A stretch of 64,000 nt of DNA from the NCBI GenBank assembly GCA_022605425.2, contig CM061246.1, positions 310,001-374,000 of the forward strand, in the 5' to 3' direction. Position 1 is the stretch's first letter, and each line of letters begins with the position of its first letter. Under the pieces are notes generated by a model that saw nothing but the letters and a program-made list of their open reading frames with translations, ran no database searches and was not told the origin of the DNA. The position numbers and the translations under genes were made by a program. The stretch comes from Hamiltosporidium tvaerminnensis FI-OER-3-3. Lineage: Eukaryota; Fungi; Microsporidia. Below, piece by piece: positions 61,301 to 64,000 of the stretch.

Positions 61301-64000
61301 GGTATGAATTTTTATTACGTTTTTATTGTTTATATTTGTCAAAAAATCCGTTTTCTCAATATTGTAAAGAAAAATGTAATCGTATTGCGCAAATTCGATT
61401 CCAGAAATGTCATCTTCTAAAATAAAAATACCGAAATGTCTTTTGGATTTGAATTCTATGTTTTGATTCTTTATTAGCAGATCTTGGTGAGAAGCTTTTT
61501 CTTCTGATAGTTTTTTTTCTTTTTGAATATCAATTTTGTTTATATTGAGTGATTTTCTATTCAATTTACTAAATTTAATAGCTTCACCAAATACTATACC
61601 AAGATATTTCTTAATAATAATGTCTTTCACATTATCTTCTACTATGTTTATAGAAAATAAAAGTACGTCTTTTGGAAAGCAACAGTTATTCAGTCTATTA
61701 TCCGAATCGTTATGCATCTTTGTCAAAAGACACAAGTTTAAGAATTTGATATGAGTAATGGTTCTTTTAAATTTAGAAAACAAATTGAACAATGTACTAT
61801 TTTTAGAATTCAATTTCATTATTATTTCATCAACTGAAATTAATAAATCCTTTGTTCCAATATTTGACAAATGATTATTTTTTTCATTTAAATTCAATGA
61901 TTCAAAAGAAAATTCTATATCCGATATTAAAGAAGCTAGGATGTATTCTATCAAATCAAATGATATTTTTTTGAAATTTTTATTGAACAAAAATATATAA
62001 CGAAGTTTTTCAGTCACGTCATTTGGCAAGTCTTTCAATTTTGGTGGAAAATAGTAGCCAAAAAGTATGTTTTTAAGGTCTAGCTCATTACCAACGTTTT
62101 CTAAAAATTTATAAGTTGAATAAACATAGTTTTCTTTGTTTTCTTTTTGGATTGTAGCAATTATTTCATTTTCTTTAACATAACTATTACATGGCTTAGT
62201 AAATTTAATGATGCCTGAACAGGGTGCTTCAAGGAATATATTCATTTTCATTATTTCTATTTCGACATATTTCTCGTCTTTTAAAATAGCTTGCCCATCG
62301 TTTTTCAGAAACCGAACTATTTTTCCTGCAGTTTTTGACCTTACATTATTTGAATTGAAGTCGAGCACAAATTTATGAATACATCCATCTATTTTCATAT
62401 TATACAATAAATTGTCTTCTTTCTCCAAATATATTAATTTGGTCTTTCCAGTTTTTAATAAAATCAAATTTTTAGATAATATTTCATAACTAATTACTTT
62501 AAACGTATTATTCAATTTAATTAATGCAGAATTAGTCGAAATAAAAAATAATTCAATATTGTAAACAATAGTATTGTATAAATATTCCACATTTATAGAC
62601 TTCTGGTGTTTTTCTATAAAGTCAAATATCAAATTGTTTCTAACATTTTTATCTGAGTCTAAAATTTTTAAAATATCAAGACAGTATACTACAGGAAAGT
62701 AAATAAAATTTAAATCTTCCTCGCCCAGTACATTCAAATAGTTTTTTTGTAAGAAATAATTGATAAATTCTGTATTATGCCTATAATTTAAAAATGATTC
62801 GCTATCCAAAACAGAAATAAGAAAATCTTTTGGCGTCAAAATATTTTCTACTTTCAAACTCTTTAAAGCAAAGATCATGTTGCGAACAGCTTCTGTTCGC
62901 GTCTTTCCTTTTGAAAAAATATGGCCAAACTGAGAGTCTGAAAACTCGTGTATTTTTCCGGATACAACCGAAAAGTAACCCCAATTGTTTTGATTGTTTT
63001 GAAAATGTAAAGATATTTTACCGGTTACGGGCTCTAAATTTTTTTTTGGATCTTCAGCTGTAATTCTTACGGCCAAAGCATGTATTTTTCTTTTCTTTAC
63101 ATTAAAAAGTTTAATAATTCGTTTCAATTTGATACCACTCGCAATCATCCATTGCGTAACAGGCAAATTAATTTGGTACAAAATTTCGGTAACGGGATGT
63201 TCTACTTGAATTCTTGAATTTACCTCTAAAAAATAATATGTACTTTTTTCAATGTCATATAAAAACTCTACAGTTGCTAATCCGACATAATTAGCTTTTT
63301 TAAGAAGTTTTTTTGCATCGTTTTTCATTTTTTTATAAATTCCTCTGCTAATCATGGCAGGACATTCTTCAACTAGTTTTTGATTTCTTCGTTGCAAAGT
63401 ACAATCTCGACTACCAAATATTTTTATATTCCCATAGCAGTCACCGGCTGCCTGTATTTCAATATGCTTCACGTTCTCAATTAGTTTTGAAGCAAATATA
63501 AATGTATTATTTGCTTCTTTTTTGATCTTTTCATATACTAAATTGAGTTCATTTGTTTCTCTAACAACTCCTATCCCCTTTCCGCCGCCCAATGAGCTGA
63601 CTTTAAAAACGATCGGTAAACCATATGTTTTAACAAACGGATCTATTTCATTGATATATGAACCTGGCATATCAGACATTAATTTATTAATTCTTTCTCT
63701 ATCAATCACATTTGTATCATTAAAAACAATACCAAATTCTTGAATAACCTTCTCCGAAACCAAAGATGGAATCACTGGAATATTTAGATTCATACACAGC
63801 AATAGGCTAATAAATTTATCTCCAAGCAAATACATTGAAATTTCAGAAGGACCCAAAAAAACAAGTTTATTTTCCTGTAATAGTTTTGCTAATTCCGGAT
63901 TTTCCGAAGAATATCCCCATCCTGGCCATACACCATCAACTTCGAAATATTTTGCTGTCTCAACAATGAGAGGTATGTTACAATAATTTAAATGTGCTGG
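58388..64000 (-). CDS. ACC1: Acetyl-CoA carboxylase (5' end beyond the window)
   Basis: Frame is open to the window edge (VWPGWGYSSENP). GGGKGI, RDCTLQRRNQK, FLEVNSRIQVEHPVTE, biotin site EIMKM, and carboxyltransferase motifs (SGARIG, VGIGAYLVKLG, ANWKGFSGG, AELRGGTWV). Confidence 0.96.
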   Translation of the reverse strand, partial: PAHLNYCNIPLIVETAKYFEVDGVWPGWGYSSENPELAKLLQENKLVFLGPSEISMYLLGDKFISLLLCMNLNIPVIPSLVSEKVIQEFGIVFNDTNVIDRERINKLMSDMPGSYINEIDPFVKTYGLPIVFKVSSLGGGKGIGVVRETNELNLVYEKIKKEANNTFIFASKLIENVKHIEIQAAGDCYGNIKIFGSRDCTLQRRNQKLVEECPAMISRGIYKKMKNDAKKLLKKANYVGLATVEFLYDIEKSTYYFLEVNSRIQVEHPVTEILYQINLPVTQWMIASGIKLKRIIKLFNVKKRKIHALAVRITAEDPKKNLEPVTGKISLHFQNNQNNWGYFSVVSGKIHEFSDSQFGHIFSKGKTRTEAVRNMIFALKSLKVENILTPKDFLISVLDSESFLNYRHNTEFINYFLQKNYLNVLGEEDLNFIYFPVVYCLDILKILDSDKNVRNNLIFDFIEKHQKSINVEYLYNTIVYNIELFFISTNSALIKLNNTFKVISYEILSKNLILLKTGKTKLIYLEKEDNLLYNMKIDGCIHKFVLDFNSNNVRSKTAGKIVRFLKNDGQAILKDEKYVEIEIMKMNIFLEAPCSGIIKFTKPCNSYVKENEIIATIQKENKENYVYSTYKFLENVGNELDLKNILFGYYFPPKLKDLPNDVTEKLRYIFLFNKNFKKISFDLIEYILASLISDIEFSFESLNLNEKNNHLSNIGTKDLLISVDEIIMKLNSKNSTLFNLFSKFKRTITHIKFLNLCLLTKMHNDSDNRLNNCCFPKDVLLFSINIVEDNVKDIIIKKYLGIVFGEAIKFSKLNRKSLNINKIDIQKEKKLSEEKASHQDLLIKNQNIEFKSKRHFGIFILEDDISGIEFAQYDYIFLYNIEKTDFLTNINNKNVIKIHTDKKYPFVTYDFKPNDMKVHLNQKNISNTNVGKNTAKDFPMQNSQKLHSKYGLKSNNNNKISSQIQNSSEKTHFGDIDINENNEFHDFYKNLAYTSILSKYENSLIDPLLFKYLEIERFRGYESVLIHKCLFRNMFVFLSKANNKRRLFVRFIIDAYSGNTISDMNNLIHAIFQILSTIKILTFQHKTTNNHLLVVVKGNFSFSPASTYDIIDDCIFFFKDKFLEVNVTECEIKIKLLDKSRNDKITLDNAEEDAKRKRVDFFVILLSHLKGYLEKKIYKNDQLVLYQINSHLIHNTLKNSLITNKNNGNIFFREQKYDNCFHSLEDIQDKREIAIKNSTVYYKDLIELFECNFVSCNFSYEIQQLFLHSKNFDAFGINLEKNQESKDLERKHNSYKLNNDVYFIDNSEKESICNGIVGYKISFNGNAFILIANDISFKNGSFSIIEDVFFYLLTLDAMDSCIPRIYISCTSGARIGVYEKIKEEIEICIDPQTTKDTTENMCLIVRENTDDKMTLEAMENKYKITSIFGNVDSGAENLSFSSLMANITTKAYENIFTLSYVTGLSVGIGAYLVKLGNRIIQKNKSPIILTGNRALNKLLKKEFYTNNNDIGGSDIMQANGVSHLVVIDDYQGIEQIVKWLNYYFNSRIMKEKKDDLINSTLLGEKISNILCDEKNDFCKNGVDAKNHSYRNLEYTSSHPFIENKLCTISYQKTGFDKYCSSNYFMENYNEREVLDFILDQDSFTEYMTNYAPNVIIGRGMIMGKTIGVISSETKNIENEIPGEPDTIRKKKIWTKNVMFPETAKKISDSLMNFGKECLDILLLANWKGFSGGTTDMLNYVLDFGSNIIRILSKLKSKILVYLPPNAELRGGTWVIFDKKLNANIRICAHPKTEVGILEPDGLSAIKFKEEERIKVLERSGMEINVENLNKLGHLFCKLHDSTERLIQNNIIDEFVSVDMLRKYLIENVLK

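Overview
AT-rich, intron-poor eukaryotic DNA, most likely from a large-genome microsporidian (Hamiltosporidium-like). This is inferred from CCC motifs just before start codons and from divergent housekeeping genes. Core genes are DIM1, tRNA-Val(TAC), lysyl-tRNA synthetase, topoisomerase II (one apparent +1 indel) and a 5'-truncated acetyl-CoA carboxylase. There are also three orphan secreted/membrane ORF types, including a duplicated Pro/Thr-repeat surface protein. The window is rich in mobile DNA: six copies of a single-ORF RT + restriction-like-endonuclease (RLE) non-LTR retrotransposon (one intact with a 13-bp TSD), a decayed RTE-like LINE, an internally deleted hAT element, and an ~6.5-kb inverted segmental duplication. 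Best candidates for undescribed biology: (1) a ~730-nt non-coding, heavily structured SINE-like retroposon in four copies, with 14-16-bp TSDs, a 3' tail shared with the RLE LINE and pairing-preserving substitutions, but no recognisable tRNA/5S/7SL head; (2) low-complexity inserts in TOP2 that each switch from G-rich to C-rich and are quasi-palindromic, part of a strand-symmetric GC-skew wave; (3) a LINE copy with progressive A-specific deletions that stop at its TSD, which may be a sequencing artefact.
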